A stretch of DNA of 64,000 nucleotides from Promethearchaeota archaeon (GCA_016839555.1 JAEOUA010000006.1:539912-603911); one strand, 5' to 3'. Numbered from the stretch's first letter, positions 40,668 through 51,457 are shown. Numbers and translations are program-made. The notes: a model not told the origin generated them from the letters alone.

Positions 40668-40865
40668 TCAATTTTCCTTTTTTCTGGAAAAAAGGCGCTT
40701 AATTTTATTTAGAGCTCCTTTATTCTTTTGTTTTTCTTTAATATATTCATAACATTCACGACAATATGTATATGATTCTTCTATCATCGTCCCACATCTC
40801 TGACAATGTTTATGAGGATATATCTCATTTTCTTTATCTTTTTTATATCTTTCAAATTTGCTAAT
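40668..40865 (-). CDS. small Zn-ribbon protein (DUF2116-like), missed by the ORF track; non-canonical ATT or ATA start
   Basis: (I)SKFERYKKDKENEIYPHKHCQRCGTMIEESYTYCRECYEYIKEKQKNKGALNKIKRLFSRKKEN*; GAGGTGA SD 7 nt upstream. Confidence 0.72.
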   Translation of the reverse strand: MSKFERYKKDKENEIYPHKHCQRCGTMIEESYTYCRECYEYIKEKQKNKGALNKIKRLFSRKKEN

Positions 40866-40915
40866 TTTTATATCACCTCAATCTTCTATTCATAATATTA
40901 TAAAATATAGATTGA

Positions 40916-42184
40916 TTAAATGCTTTTCACTCCTGTTTTATTAATTTTTATTTGAAAAAATTGTGCTTTTTTAAGTTTATTTCTAATCTCCAGTGGAAAA
41001 TCTGGAAATTTTTGTTTAAAAAATGCGGGATTTTTAATCAATTTATTTAACCTATTTTTCCAATAATTTAGAACATTAATAATTTTTTTTGGATTAACTA
41101 AAGCAAAAACAGATCCACCGCCCCCCGCTCCAGTTAATTTTGCTGCATAAACATCATTATGTTCTTCGATTAATTTAATTAAAATATTATTGGCCAAACC
41201 GATCCCATATTTAAATTCAGCTATTTGCATTATTTCGTTCATAATATTGGTATTTTTTTTGAAATAAATGCCCAATTGTTCCCAGTCTTTCATCATTAAA
41301 GAAAAGCGAGACTTCCAAGCTATTTCAGCTAATTCTTTATATTTTTCGAGAATTTCTGGATTTTTATTTAAATATAATTCTCGTAATTTTTTATGAACAT
41401 TCCCACTTTCATGAGTAGAACCAGAAAAACATACAATTATAGGTAATTCATTAATATCATATAATTCATCTATTCTATCATACACTGCTAATGGCTCTTG
41501 GGTAATTTCTTTATGATATAATTTTCCTTGATAGGAACAAAAGGATAATCCTCCCCTTGCAATTACATATCGATCACTATAACCTGCAGTTATATTTAAA
41601 TCCTTATCTTCAATCTTAGTACACATTTCGGCTATAATATCTTTATTGATTGGAAGATCTGTACTATTTAAATTGGAAGTATTATTTATAAATCCAAAAT
41701 AATCAGCTAAACCATATAAAAGGGCTAAAATAATTGAAGAGCTTCCACCTAAACCACTTTGACGAGGAATAGTTGATAAAATTCCAATTTCAAAATTGGA
41801 TTTTTCTATCTTTTTCCAAAGTGTGTTATTTGTTAAATAAAGTCTATATAGACTAGCATAAATTAATTTATATTCACCAAGAAATTGAGATTTTACTTCA
41901 TTTATACTTTTGGTCAATATTTTCTCTTCTATCAATTTAATATTAGCATTACCATTATTATCATAATCAAGTTGAAAAATTTTTATCTTGCTTCTATTAC
42001 GTATCTCTTTAATATAGACAAAAACAGATAAGGGATAATCTTCTCCTTCAATTGCCACAGCGGGCATCCAAAAATCAGCTTCAACCGCATCTAATGGATT
42101 AATTAAATTAATCCTGGAGGGAGAATGCACTAAGATGTCAGGTTTTAATTTATTAAAATAGTTCTTAATGTATTCAACAATCAT
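40916..42184 (-). CDS. GHMP-family sugar kinase (glucuronokinase/galactokinase-like)
   Basis: P.RINL, IPRQSGLGGSSS, KLTGAGGGGS. Confidence 0.85.
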   Translation of the reverse strand: MIVEYIKNYFNKLKPDILVHSPSRINLINPLDAVEADFWMPAVAIEGEDYPLSVFVYIKEIRNRSKIKIFQLDYDNNGNANIKLIEEKILTKSINEVKSQFLGEYKLIYASLYRLYLTNNTLWKKIEKSNFEIGILSTIPRQSGLGGSSSIILALLYGLADYFGFINNTSNLNSTDLPINKDIIAEMCTKIEDKDLNITAGYSDRYVIARGGLSFCSYQGKLYHKEITQEPLAVYDRIDELYDINELPIIVCFSGSTHESGNVHKKLRELYLNKNPEILEKYKELAEIAWKSRFSLMMKDWEQLGIYFKKNTNIMNEIMQIAEFKYGIGLANNILIKLIEEHNDVYAAKLTGAGGGGSVFALVNPKKIINVLNYWKNRLNKLIKNPAFFKQKFPDFPLEIRNKLKKAQFFQIKINKTGVKSI

Positions 42185-42238
42185 TCTTTTATTTTGAAAA
42201 AATATTGAAATTTTTAAATATATAGATATAAATAAATT

Positions 42239-42856
42239 GTGTTTAAAAAAACTAATTTTAAGAAAAATATCTCTTTTATAATATTTCTCTTTACTATTTC
42301 AATGGGACTAGTACTCCCTATTTTTTTATTTAATGAAAATCTAATTGTCATTACAAGCCCTTCAATGAAACCGACTTTAAACATTGGAGACTTAATTATA
42401 AAAAATGATAAAGATCCAAATAAAATAATAGCAAATGAAAAATATGGTGATATTTTAGTTTTAAAAGGTCCACAATATTTTTATTTAAAAGGATTTAATC
42501 CAATATTCTGGGATAATTTACCAATTAATACTATAATAGTACACCGAGCGATTGATAAAAAATTAATTAATAATACATGGTATTTTTTAACTAAAGGAGA
42601 TAATAATTTATTTCCTGATGGAGCTTATAGAATATTAAATATCTCAGTAAATAATATTTTAGTTGAAATAAATACCTCTCAAGGTATTTATATTCCACAA
42701 TCAGAAATATTAGGGGTTGTTGCCTTTAAAATTCCATTTATTGGATATTTAAATATCTATTTTATATCTATTGTGCTAATAGCTTTGTTTATTTTATTTT
42801 TATATTTATTTTTAAAACTACTGAAATATCGGATAAAAATAGAAAAAGTAATTTGA
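42239..42856 (+). CDS. signal peptidase I (Sec11-type, S26B)
   Basis: SPSMKPTLNIGDL, IVHR, TKGDNN..PD, IP.IG. Confidence 0.9.
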   Translation: MFKKTNFKKNISFIIFLFTISMGLVLPIFLFNENLIVITSPSMKPTLNIGDLIIKNDKDPNKIIANEKYGDILVLKGPQYFYLKGFNPIFWDNLPINTIIVHRAIDKKLINNTWYFLTKGDNNLFPDGAYRILNISVNNILVEINTSQGIYIPQSEILGVVAFKIPFIGYLNIYFISIVLIALFILFLYLFLKLLKYRIKIEKVI

Positions 42857-42907
42857 TTCTATAGCTAACGATAAAAGCTCTAAGTTTAAATAATTCATAT
42901 ATAATTA

Positions 42908-44071
42908 ATGATTATGACTAAAAAGGGGAAGTTTAAATTACTTTCTTATTTTATTGATGGGTATTTGATCTATTATAAAAGTTTTAATAAAAATGAGAAA
43001 ATAATTGCTTTTTCCATTGGTATAATTGACTCAATTTCCTCAATTTTTTCAAATCTCAAACATTTTTTGAGTTTAAGATTTATAAATTATTTTTCTTTCC
43101 AATTTCAATACCTTAATAAAACTTTATTAATACTTTGTTTCGAAGATTATAGTCAAACGAAAATTTTAAGGTATTTCAATACGATTTATGAAGAATGTGC
43201 GTCACTGAACAATTTAGAATTTTTAAAAAATAAAGAATTAGAAAAAGAATTTTTAAATTCCTTAATAAAAGATTTTAATTCTAAAATTAGTTTAAAGGAA
43301 GTTTCTAATTCTTTATTATTAAAAAGTAAAAAAGTTTCAAGAGAATTATATCTTTATAATATAAATTTAGATTTATTAAATAAAAAAAAATTTTTTCTTA
43401 AGAGTATTTTAAGTTTTTCTAAAAATTTAGATTACCAAGGAATTTTTATTTTTCATTTCAATATGGATAAAAAAAATCAAATTATATTTTATCCTTATGT
43501 AATCGAAATATTAAATGAAGAAAAAAACAAACCTATTTATGAAGTGGAGATTAATAATTTCTATAATTATGAATTATTGGAAAAAGAGTCTTTAACATGC
43601 AAAAATTTTGGTTTTATTCTATGGAGATTACCCATAAATCCTAATTATTATTATTTAAAAGATTATTCTGTTATTTTTGATAAAAATAATAAGTCTATTG
43701 ATTTTGATGGTTTGATTAAAAGAACTTTTGTAAAAAATAACATAAAGTTTTTAGAAATTAATAACAAGATGTTAGTTATAAAAAATAACATATTATTTAT
43801 TTATCTTTTAGATGTAAATCTTTTATTTATAAAGAAAATAATTGAAAAATATTATAAAAACTACAAAATTTTTATTCTAATCATAAATTCATATGAGTTT
43901 GAAAAATTAAACAAGAATATAAAAAATCTAAACTCTTTGAAGAATTTAAAAATTATAAATCTTGGGCAATTTAAAAAAATGGTAAACGAACTTTCTAAAG
44001 AGAATGAAAATATTAAAAAATGCCAAGATCAATTGCAATATCTTGAGCAGAATAATCCGGATGTAGTTTAA
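42908..44071 (+). CDS. hypothetical protein
   Basis: 387-aa ORF; its 3' end overlaps rpl23 convergently. Confidence 0.6.
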   Translation: MIMTKKGKFKLLSYFIDGYLIYYKSFNKNEKIIAFSIGIIDSISSIFSNLKHFLSLRFINYFSFQFQYLNKTLLILCFEDYSQTKILRYFNTIYEECASLNNLEFLKNKELEKEFLNSLIKDFNSKISLKEVSNSLLLKSKKVSRELYLYNINLDLLNKKKFFLKSILSFSKNLDYQGIFIFHFNMDKKNQIIFYPYVIEILNEEKNKPIYEVEINNFYNYELLEKESLTCKNFGFILWRLPINPNYYYLKDYSVIFDKNNKSIDFDGLIKRTFVKNNIKFLEINNKMLVIKNNILFIYLLDVNLLFIKKIIEKYYKNYKIFILIINSYEFEKLNKNIKNLNSLKNLKIINLGQFKKMVNELSKENENIKKCQDQLQYLEQNNPDVV

Positions 44072-44276
44072 TAAACGCCTTTTTTTTACCTTCTGCCGTA
44101 ATTAAAGTATTAATTTTTAATGTCTTTACATTATAAATTTTTTCAATTGCTCTTTTTATTTCACTTTTATTTGCAGATTTATCCACAATCAACACTAATT
44201 TATTTTCTCTCTCAATAAGATCAAATGTTTTTTCTGTTATAAGTGGTTTTTTAATAATTTTATAGTAATTTTCCAT
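44013..44276 (-). CDS. rpl23: 50S ribosomal protein L23
   Basis: IIKKPLITEK, NKLV..V...ANK..IK.A.E, GKKKAFIKL; start moved to MENYY. Confidence 0.95.
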   Translation of the reverse strand: MENYYKIIKKPLITEKTFDLIERENKLVLIVDKSANKSEIKRAIEKIYNVKTLKINTLITAEGKKKAFIKLHPDYSAQDIAIDLGIF

Positions 44277-44277
44277 T

Positions 44278-45069
44278 TTAAACAGATACCTCATATTTAT
44301 GTAATTCATTAAAAGCCGACTGGGTCCAAATTACGACTCTTCCCGCTTGACCTCCTGGTGCTAATTCATTGATTGATAAGGTTACTAATTTTACGATATC
44401 AACACCTGGAATGTTTCTCACTGCTTTAAGGATCCCAAAATCCTCCTTTATAACAATTAAAAGACTCTTGGATTTTTTATATTTCCTCCCTCTTCTTTTC
44501 CCTTTTCCGGATCGAATTTTTTTATAATTTTTTTTAATTTTTTTTAATTCCTCTTTAAATCCTAAATTACACAATATAGAATACATTTTTGAAGTTTTTT
44601 TAATAGTCTGTACTTTATCATCAATAATTAAAGGGATTTGAGGAACCTTATCAATTAAATGGCCCCTTTTTTTAATCCAATCTGATTTTGCTGAGGCTGA
44701 AATTGCTGATATAATTGCAAGTTTTTTTGTTTTCTTATTTATTTTTTTTTTGATATTTTTTTCTACTTTTATAGGATGTGTTAGACGCCCTCCTCTGGCA
44801 AAAGGTACTCTACCCACATTTCTAGCTGTTGGAAAACCAGATCCTTTAATTCTTGGTGCTCTAGAAAGGGCATGACCAGTCCCCCATCCCTCTGCTGTGG
44901 TTCTTAAACCAGCATTAATATCTCTACCTTGCACTTGGACTTTTTGACTTTGCGCAACCTCGATAGATTTTTTAATTAAATCTTCTCTAGGATCTACATT
45001 AAAAATTTTAGGTATTTCTATTGATCCTATTTTATTTCCATCTAAATTATATACGCTTGCTTTTTGCAT
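44278..45069 (-). CDS. rpl4: 50S ribosomal protein L4
   Basis: AG..T.AE.WG.G...SR.PR, GGR..HP, RSGKGK.RGR, LAPGG..GR. Confidence 0.96.
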   Translation of the reverse strand: MQKASVYNLDGNKIGSIEIPKIFNVDPREDLIKKSIEVAQSQKVQVQGRDINAGLRTTAEGWGTGHALSRAPRIKGSGFPTARNVGRVPFARGGRLTHPIKVEKNIKKKINKKTKKLAIISAISASAKSDWIKKRGHLIDKVPQIPLIIDDKVQTIKKTSKMYSILCNLGFKEELKKIKKNYKKIRSGKGKRRGRKYKKSKSLLIVIKEDFGILKAVRNIPGVDIVKLVTLSINELAPGGQAGRVVIWTQSAFNELHKYEVSV

Positions 45070-45089
45070 AATCTCAAGTTAATTTTTTT

Positions 45090-46109
45090 TTATTTTCTTT
45101 GTTGACTTTCTCGATTAACAAATGTAATCTCCGGGGTTTTTACGTTAAATGATTTTGCAGGCCGAATTGTTTTTCTAATTCTAATTAATCTTTTTTTAGG
45201 ACCAGGAACAGACCCTAAAACCAATAAATAATCCCCGCTTATTTTACCATAATTTATAAAATCTCCCTTTGGATTTATTTCTTCTTCATTCTCTCCTATT
45301 TTCATAATTCTTTTATGATATTCTGTTCTCTGATGAAAACCTAGCTGACCCGCTCTTGGGATTGTATATCGAACTCTTGCTGGGTGCCAAGCTCCTATGC
45401 AAGCGACAGCTCTCCTTATTTTATTATTCTTCCTACTTAATATCTTAATTCCATATCTTCTTACTGGTCCTTGAAATCCTTTGCCTTTAGACACCGCTAT
45501 TACATCAACTAATTCTCCTTCGAATAAAACATCTCGCGCTCGAACCTCCTTTCCTAATAGACTAATAGCAAAATTAAATTCTTCAATTGGGTTATCCACT
45601 GAATTAACTTTAATTTCTAAAATATCTGGTTTTTTCCGAGGTAATGATATTTTATATGGTTGAGTTTGAAAAATACCTCTAACTTCACAAAATTCATCAA
45701 TTTTTTGAAGAAGATCCTTTTTTTTACTATCTAAATCATAATTTTCAGAATTTGGAGATTTTATTTTTCTAAGTAAATTTGGATTAATATCAAGAGAAAA
45801 ACACTCTCCTAAAATAAACTTACCATATTCATCTTTACTATATACCTTAACACCAATCAGTATTAAGGGAGGGACTTCGATCACGGTAACTGCTTTCATA
45901 AGTTCTTTACCAAAGTAAGGACTGTTTTCCTGATCTTCAATATAAGTTAGATGTGTCATACCCGCTTTAAACCCTGCAAATCCAAGAAAATTAATTTCTT
46001 CATTAGTATCTAACCAGTTTCTAATTCTCCCTTTTATGATTGAAGCTCTTTTCCTTGGTAAATAGGCCAATGATCCATGTCTAGGTGCATGCTTTTTCCG
46101 ATGTGCCAT
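45090..46109 (-). CDS. rpl3: 50S ribosomal protein L3
   Basis: APRHGSLAYLPRKRA, GFKAGMTH, KGKGFQGPV.R.G, GQLGFHQRTE. Confidence 0.97.
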   Translation of the reverse strand: MAHRKKHAPRHGSLAYLPRKRASIIKGRIRNWLDTNEEINFLGFAGFKAGMTHLTYIEDQENSPYFGKELMKAVTVIEVPPLILIGVKVYSKDEYGKFILGECFSLDINPNLLRKIKSPNSENYDLDSKKKDLLQKIDEFCEVRGIFQTQPYKISLPRKKPDILEIKVNSVDNPIEEFNFAISLLGKEVRARDVLFEGELVDVIAVSKGKGFQGPVRRYGIKILSRKNNKIRRAVACIGAWHPARVRYTIPRAGQLGFHQRTEYHKRIMKIGENEEEINPKGDFINYGKISGDYLLVLGSVPGPKKRLIRIRKTIRPAKSFNVKTPEITFVNRESQQRK

Positions 46110-46316
46110 TGTTATCACTTAGACTTTAAAAATGAAAATATATTAAATTAATTAAATTTTTTTATTCTCTCGAACATTCTCGAGTTATTTTTCACAATGT
46201 TAAATAAAAGGATAAAAATTTTTCAATTCTTATATTTCTTAATTATTTTAAAAGTTTTTTTAAATCTAAATAGATTCATAAGTGGTGTTTAAAGTCTTTT
46301 ATGTAAATTAGATTAT

Positions 46317-48474
46317 ATGATTCGGAATATAAATAATATAGAGAAACTGAAACAAGATAAAAATATTATAATAAAAAATAATAACTTGATAATTAAATGT
46401 GGTGGATGTCCTAATTTTAAAGAAAATTTCTATAAAAATGAGTGCATTTCTTGCATATCTTTTAATTTATTCAAAAATAAAAAAAATATCATTTCTAATC
46501 TCATTTTAAAATCTCATAATTCTACTCTAAATGATAAAAAAATATCGCTTTTCTTAGATTACCATTCACATTTAAAGGAAATAAACTTTTTTCTGGAAAA
46601 AATTGAAAATCTAAGAAGAAAATGTATTTATTCCGATTTTTCATGTAAAATATTAAATGATTCAATGCTTAATTTAAATAAAAAAATTGAACTTTATAAT
46701 CCAATTCTACTTTATAAAATTATAAAAAATCAATATTCAAAACTAACAGCTATTCAAAATGAATATGCTTGCAAAAATTGCATAAAAAAAATTGATTTAA
46801 ATATAAAAGATATATTAAAAATTATTGATTCGATTAAAATTATTCAAAAATTCAAAAATTTTAAAGAAAAAAGAGATTTATTTAAGTATTATTCTAATTT
46901 CTATGAATTTTTATTATCAAATGTAGTTTTTCACCCAAAAAAAAACATTCAATCAAAATTAAAGAAAAAAAAAAAAATTAATTGAAAGATATTCTATTGG
47001 TAAAAACAAAATCTATGATATTTTCATATATGATATTGAGAATGAAATAGAAAAAAATTATAGTTTAAGTACTTTTTTTAAAAACTCCTCAGATGAAGAT
47101 TTTTTTCAGAGAATTATAAATTTTATTTCAAATAAAATAGAATTAATTAAAATTGATAAGCTTATTTCTATTGAAAAATTAATTGAATCATATCAATTAA
47201 GGGCAATACAGGAAATAGACCTAAAATTTGATGTAGATAATTTAAATAAAAAAAGAATCGGATTATTAATTGCACTCAAGATTGTAAAACTTGAAAAATT
47301 TTTTCCATTTTTAATAGATAATAATATTGAAGAAATCTTTTTGGATTCACCTTTAGATAATATTTATCTTAACCACCGTAAATATGGAAGATGTAGAACC
47401 CAAATTAGATTTAATAAAAAAGAAATTGAGAGAATAATTACAATGCTTAGGCTTTACAGTGGAGAGAGACTTGATCATTCTAACCCTAATCTTAAAATGA
47501 TTTTAAAAAATAAATTTTTTTATTGCAGATTTGCAATTGACATCGCTCCCATCAATTTTAATGAATTTTCATTAGATATTAGAAAATTAAATAAAAACAT
47601 ATATACCATGCAAGATTTATTACAGAACAAGACCTTAAGTCCAAAAATAGCGGCCTTTTTATATTTTTGCATATTAAAAAGAATAAATTTTACAGTGACG
47701 GGAAAAACTGATTCAGGAAAAACTACATTGATTAATGCTTTAGATTTATTGACACCAAAAGAGTTTAGAAAAATATATGTAGAAAATGTTGTTGAATCAC
47801 TCAATGAGATTAAATTTGAAAAGCATCAATTGAAATTTAAAGTGGATTCATTAGATGATTTAAAAGATAAAAAATATTTTACAAAAAGTAATCAAATCAA
47901 AACTTTACTTCACAGAACCCCTGATATAATCTTTCTGGGAGAGATACTCACAAAAGAGGAATGTGAAGCCTTATTTCATTGCCTATCAGCAGGCTTGAAA
48001 GGCTTTCAGACTATTCATGCTAATACTATAAAATCTTTAATTAACCGTTTTCTTTATCATTTTAATATAAATAAATCTTGTTTAAATGATTTAGATTTAA
48101 TTATTCTAATGAGAAAAAATCACAATTTTAAGCGTCAAATTTATTCTATAAATGAAATCTTCCTTAATAAGGAAAATCAAATAATTATACAAACCATATT
48201 TAAATATAATCCTAGATTAAACAATTGGGAACTATTAATTCCGCTTTATGAAAGTAAGATAGTTAAAAATATATGTAACTATGAATATTTGAGTCGAGAT
48301 GATTTTAATATTTTATTAAATATTTATGACGATATATTTAAACAGCTGTTAAATAAAGAAAAGTTAAAAACCTTGAAATTAATTGATTTCTTTCATAAAT
48401 TATCCTTTTTATCTTTAACATCTATTAGTAATCTAAAAGATTATTATAAAAATGCTGGTGATATTATTTTCTAA
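46317..48474 (+). pseudogene. type II/IV secretion (TadA/CpaF/VirB11-like) pilus ATPase split by a +1 frameshift in an A13 tract
   Basis: The downstream frame is open from 46963 to 48474 (..FFPFLIDNNIEEIFLDSP, GKTDSGKTT, PDIIFLGEI, FQTIHA); deleting one A in 46965-46977 gives a single 718-aa ORF; may be a sequencing error or slippage. Confidence 0.75.
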
Positions 48475-48517
48475 GAATTATTGGATTTTATATTAATAAA
48501 TCTAAAATATAGATTAT

Positions 48518-48928
48518 ATGACAAATTTAGTTGAGAAAGTATTACTAATAGGCTTTGGAATATTAATGATTTTTTCATTCTTCTCTATTATTAATCCTTT
48601 AATTATCACATTCAACGAGTCAAATGAATATCAAAAAGATTTTGAGAAAATTATTATAAATATTGAGCAAATAGATAAGGGAATAAATTATGTAGCCAAT
48701 AATAATGATACTTATTTCAGTAATATCTTTATTTTTGAAAATTTAAAGATCTCTATTAATCAATTTAGAGTTGATTATATTTTTCTCTTAGATGGAATAA
48801 AAATAATAACTAAATATTATCCCCTAAAGTTACAAAATCAAGAATATAATTTAATTTCTCAATGCTTTTATAAGTTTAATATCTCTTACAGTGGTAATAA
48901 CTCATATTTAATTAAATTTTATATATGA
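48518..48928 (+). CDS. pilin-like protein with N-terminal hydrophobic helix
   Basis: MTNLVEKVLLIGFGILMIFSFFSII resembles the mature N-terminus of the Flp pilin at 35674; lies between the ATPase and platform genes. Confidence 0.6.
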   Translation: MTNLVEKVLLIGFGILMIFSFFSIINPLIITFNESNEYQKDFEKIIINIEQIDKGINYVANNNDTYFSNIFIFENLKISINQFRVDYIFLLDGIKIITKYYPLKLQNQEYNLISQCFYKFNISYSGNNSYLIKFYI

Positions 48929-48938
48929 AAGTTATAAT

Positions 48939-50474
48939 ATGAATGATAAAACAAATATTTATTTAGGATTTTGTAAAAAATTCAATCGTACAAAAATCCC
49001 AGAACTTAAGTTTAAAAAATTAAATAGTAATTACATAAAGATTTATAAAAAAAAATACAAAATTGAAGAAGAAGCTATAAATAAAGCGACAATGTTTATT
49101 TTTATCTTTCTCTTCATGGTAATTACTATTTTTTCAATTCTTTCAATAAAAATAAATATTTTAATAATATTTTTTTATACAACGATTTTTTCATTAATCA
49201 TCTCTTATGAATTTAATTTGTATATATATAGGCAAATCAGGAAAGTTGAACAATTATTAAATTCTATTCTTTATTTTATTAAAATTGATTTTTCACTCAT
49301 TCAAAAAACTTCTAAAAATAATTCTGATCTCTATATAAAATTTATAAATCTAATTGCAAATTATAACCTCTCTATATCAAAAGATTTTAAAAATTTTTTA
49401 TCAAAAATACATTGCGGAATGACTCCTGAAAAAGCATTAAGAAAATATATCTCGCCTTCTCTTGATTTTGATAAGTATTTAAAAAATTTATTATTAAATG
49501 ATTTTGATGAATTTAATTCTTTAGAAGAAAATAATCTAAATAGTTTGGAAGAGGATTTTAAAATTTATTTAAAAGATATAACTTCAAAATTAAGCATTCT
49601 TTTCTTTATAGGAATATTCATTCCAATTGGGCTCTGCTTTGCTTTCTTTTTTATTTCTGTATCAAAATTTATAATATTATTTTTTCTTCCCTTTTTTTTA
49701 GCTTTTTTGAATTATCTCTTTAAAAAATTTATAAAAAAAAACCATTTTTTAATTGGGATGATAAGAAATGATTCTAAAATTGAACAAAAAAAGTTAAATG
49801 AATTTCTTTTTTTAATTGAAAAATTCGCTAAAAATCTTAATAATTATTTATCTCCTGAAAAAGCTTTCCTAAATGCATATTTAGAAGAGAAACACAATTT
49901 TCCTATTATATCACGATTATTAGAAGAGGAAATCTATAGGTTTTCAAATGGGCTATACACATTTTTAGAAACCTTAATAGTTATAAAAAAGAAATTAAAA
50001 TCTTCCCGATATTCAATATTCATTAATTCAACAATCAATATGATTGAAGAAAGTGCCTACACTTCCGCTTCTAAAATAATTGAAATCATAAATGTTTTTA
50101 AAAAACATCAAAAATTACAAAAAAAAATTAATATATTAATTAAAGGAGAGCGTTTTAAAACATTTATCTTTTTAATTTTATTACCTTTAATTATTGGATC
50201 TATTGGTGCATTAATCCCTTTTCTACCAAATATTATTAACAACCTTTTTGAATTTGATGAGTTAAATATTACGACTTTTAATAAATCATCTTTAAATATG
50301 GTTGATATTATATCCATTTTTATAACATTCTTAATTACTAATTCAATATCTTCTTATTATTTCTTATCTATTATAAATTATCCTAATAAAGTCTTTATTA
50401 TATTAATTTCTGGTATTATATTTATCTTAACCTACTTATTATCTATTTTCAATATTATGAATTTTATTATGTAA
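48939..50474 (+). CDS. type II secretion system F-family membrane platform protein (TadB/TadC/ArlJ-like)
   Basis: two repeats of TM pair plus soluble domain (G.TPEKAL; SPEKAF); downstream of the pilus ATPase. Confidence 0.7.
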   Translation: MNDKTNIYLGFCKKFNRTKIPELKFKKLNSNYIKIYKKKYKIEEEAINKATMFIFIFLFMVITIFSILSIKINILIIFFYTTIFSLIISYEFNLYIYRQIRKVEQLLNSILYFIKIDFSLIQKTSKNNSDLYIKFINLIANYNLSISKDFKNFLSKIHCGMTPEKALRKYISPSLDFDKYLKNLLLNDFDEFNSLEENNLNSLEEDFKIYLKDITSKLSILFFIGIFIPIGLCFAFFFISVSKFIILFFLPFFLAFLNYLFKKFIKKNHFLIGMIRNDSKIEQKKLNEFLFLIEKFAKNLNNYLSPEKAFLNAYLEEKHNFPIISRLLEEEIYRFSNGLYTFLETLIVIKKKLKSSRYSIFINSTINMIEESAYTSASKIIEIINVFKKHQKLQKKINILIKGERFKTFIFLILLPLIIGSIGALIPFLPNIINNLFEFDELNITTFNKSSLNMVDIISIFITFLITNSISSYYFLSIINYPNKVFIILISGIIFILTYLLSIFNIMNFIM

Positions 50475-50477
50475 TCT

Positions 50478-50768
50478 CTAAGAAAATAAAAATAGATATA
50501 TTATTTGAATAAATAATAATAATCCAATTAGAAAATTGATATATAATAAAATTTCCATCATAGAATTATAATAAGACATGTTATAATCAATATAAATTAT
50601 TGAAGATTTAAAATTTTCTAAAATTAATAAAAAAGGTGTTAATAAAATTAAATAAATCGATAAACCAATCATCGTGGCTAATTGATCTGAAGCTATTAAT
50701 GAATAAATTAAAATTATAATATTAATAAATAAAATAGAAATAGCTTCCAAAAAGATATATTCCAACAT
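50478..50768 (-). CDS. small hypothetical membrane protein
   Basis: 3 hydrophobic segments. Confidence 0.5.
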   Translation of the reverse strand: MLEYIFLEAISILFINIIILIYSLIASDQLATMIGLSIYLILLTPFLLILENFKSSIIYIDYNMSYYNSMMEILLYINFLIGLLLFIQIIYLFLFS

Positions 50769-50953
50769 ACTTATAACTTTTTATTTTAATTTAATTTATA
50801 AAAAATCCTCTAATATTATTAAGATCTTTAATTTCTTTAATCTAGAATCAATTTAATTTAAATTAAAATTTAAATTCCTTATTCAGAAATATTTATTATG
50901 GTGAATTTACTATTGAGAATTAAAAATCTTATTAATAAAAAATTTTAATAATA

Positions 50954-51442
50954 ATGAGAAGTATCAAATTAAAAGGTTTGAAATATAGTAAAGGTAAATA
51001 TAACTTATATAACGATAGATTCGTTTTTTTTCCTCCAAAATTAATAAATATCTTATCTTCAATATATGGGGAGGGGGTTAAATCTCTATTAGTATGGTTA
51101 GGTAAAAAAGCAGGATGGACATTAATTCAAAAATGGGAGGAACAATTAAAAATTAAAAATCTAGAAGATTTGGTAGAACAATTCATAGATATATTAAATA
51201 ACCAAGGATGGGGCAGATTTATTATAAAAAAAGTCTCTGAGAATTCAATTATCATTAACCTCCAACATAATATAAGTTCTAACCTTGAAAGTGATTCGAA
51301 ATTCATATGTTATTTTATTACCGGTATTTTAACAGGTTTTGGAGAATTTGCATTATACAAAGTTAAAACATATGAAAATAAATGTTGTCTTGAAGAACCA
51401 GAAACTGATTATTGTCAATTCATTATTGAAAAAATTGAATAA
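50954..51442 (+). CDS. V4R (4-vinyl reductase) domain protein
   Basis: G..AG, GWG.F, C.FI.G.L.G, E..C......CQF.I. Confidence 0.85.
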   Translation: MRSIKLKGLKYSKGKYNLYNDRFVFFPPKLINILSSIYGEGVKSLLVWLGKKAGWTLIQKWEEQLKIKNLEDLVEQFIDILNNQGWGRFIIKKVSENSIIINLQHNISSNLESDSKFICYFITGILTGFGEFALYKVKTYENKCCLEEPETDYCQFIIEKIE

Positions 51443-51457
51443 TTAATTATCTATTTT

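Noticed and set aside
40989-41000. ORB-like TCCAGTGGAAAA
   Set aside because: Single copy inside the GHMP kinase coding sequence (encodes FPLE).
44013-44071. 59-bp convergent overlap of a hypothetical gene with rpl23
   Set aside because: Most simply a stop-codon drift or a small indel; no evidence of function.
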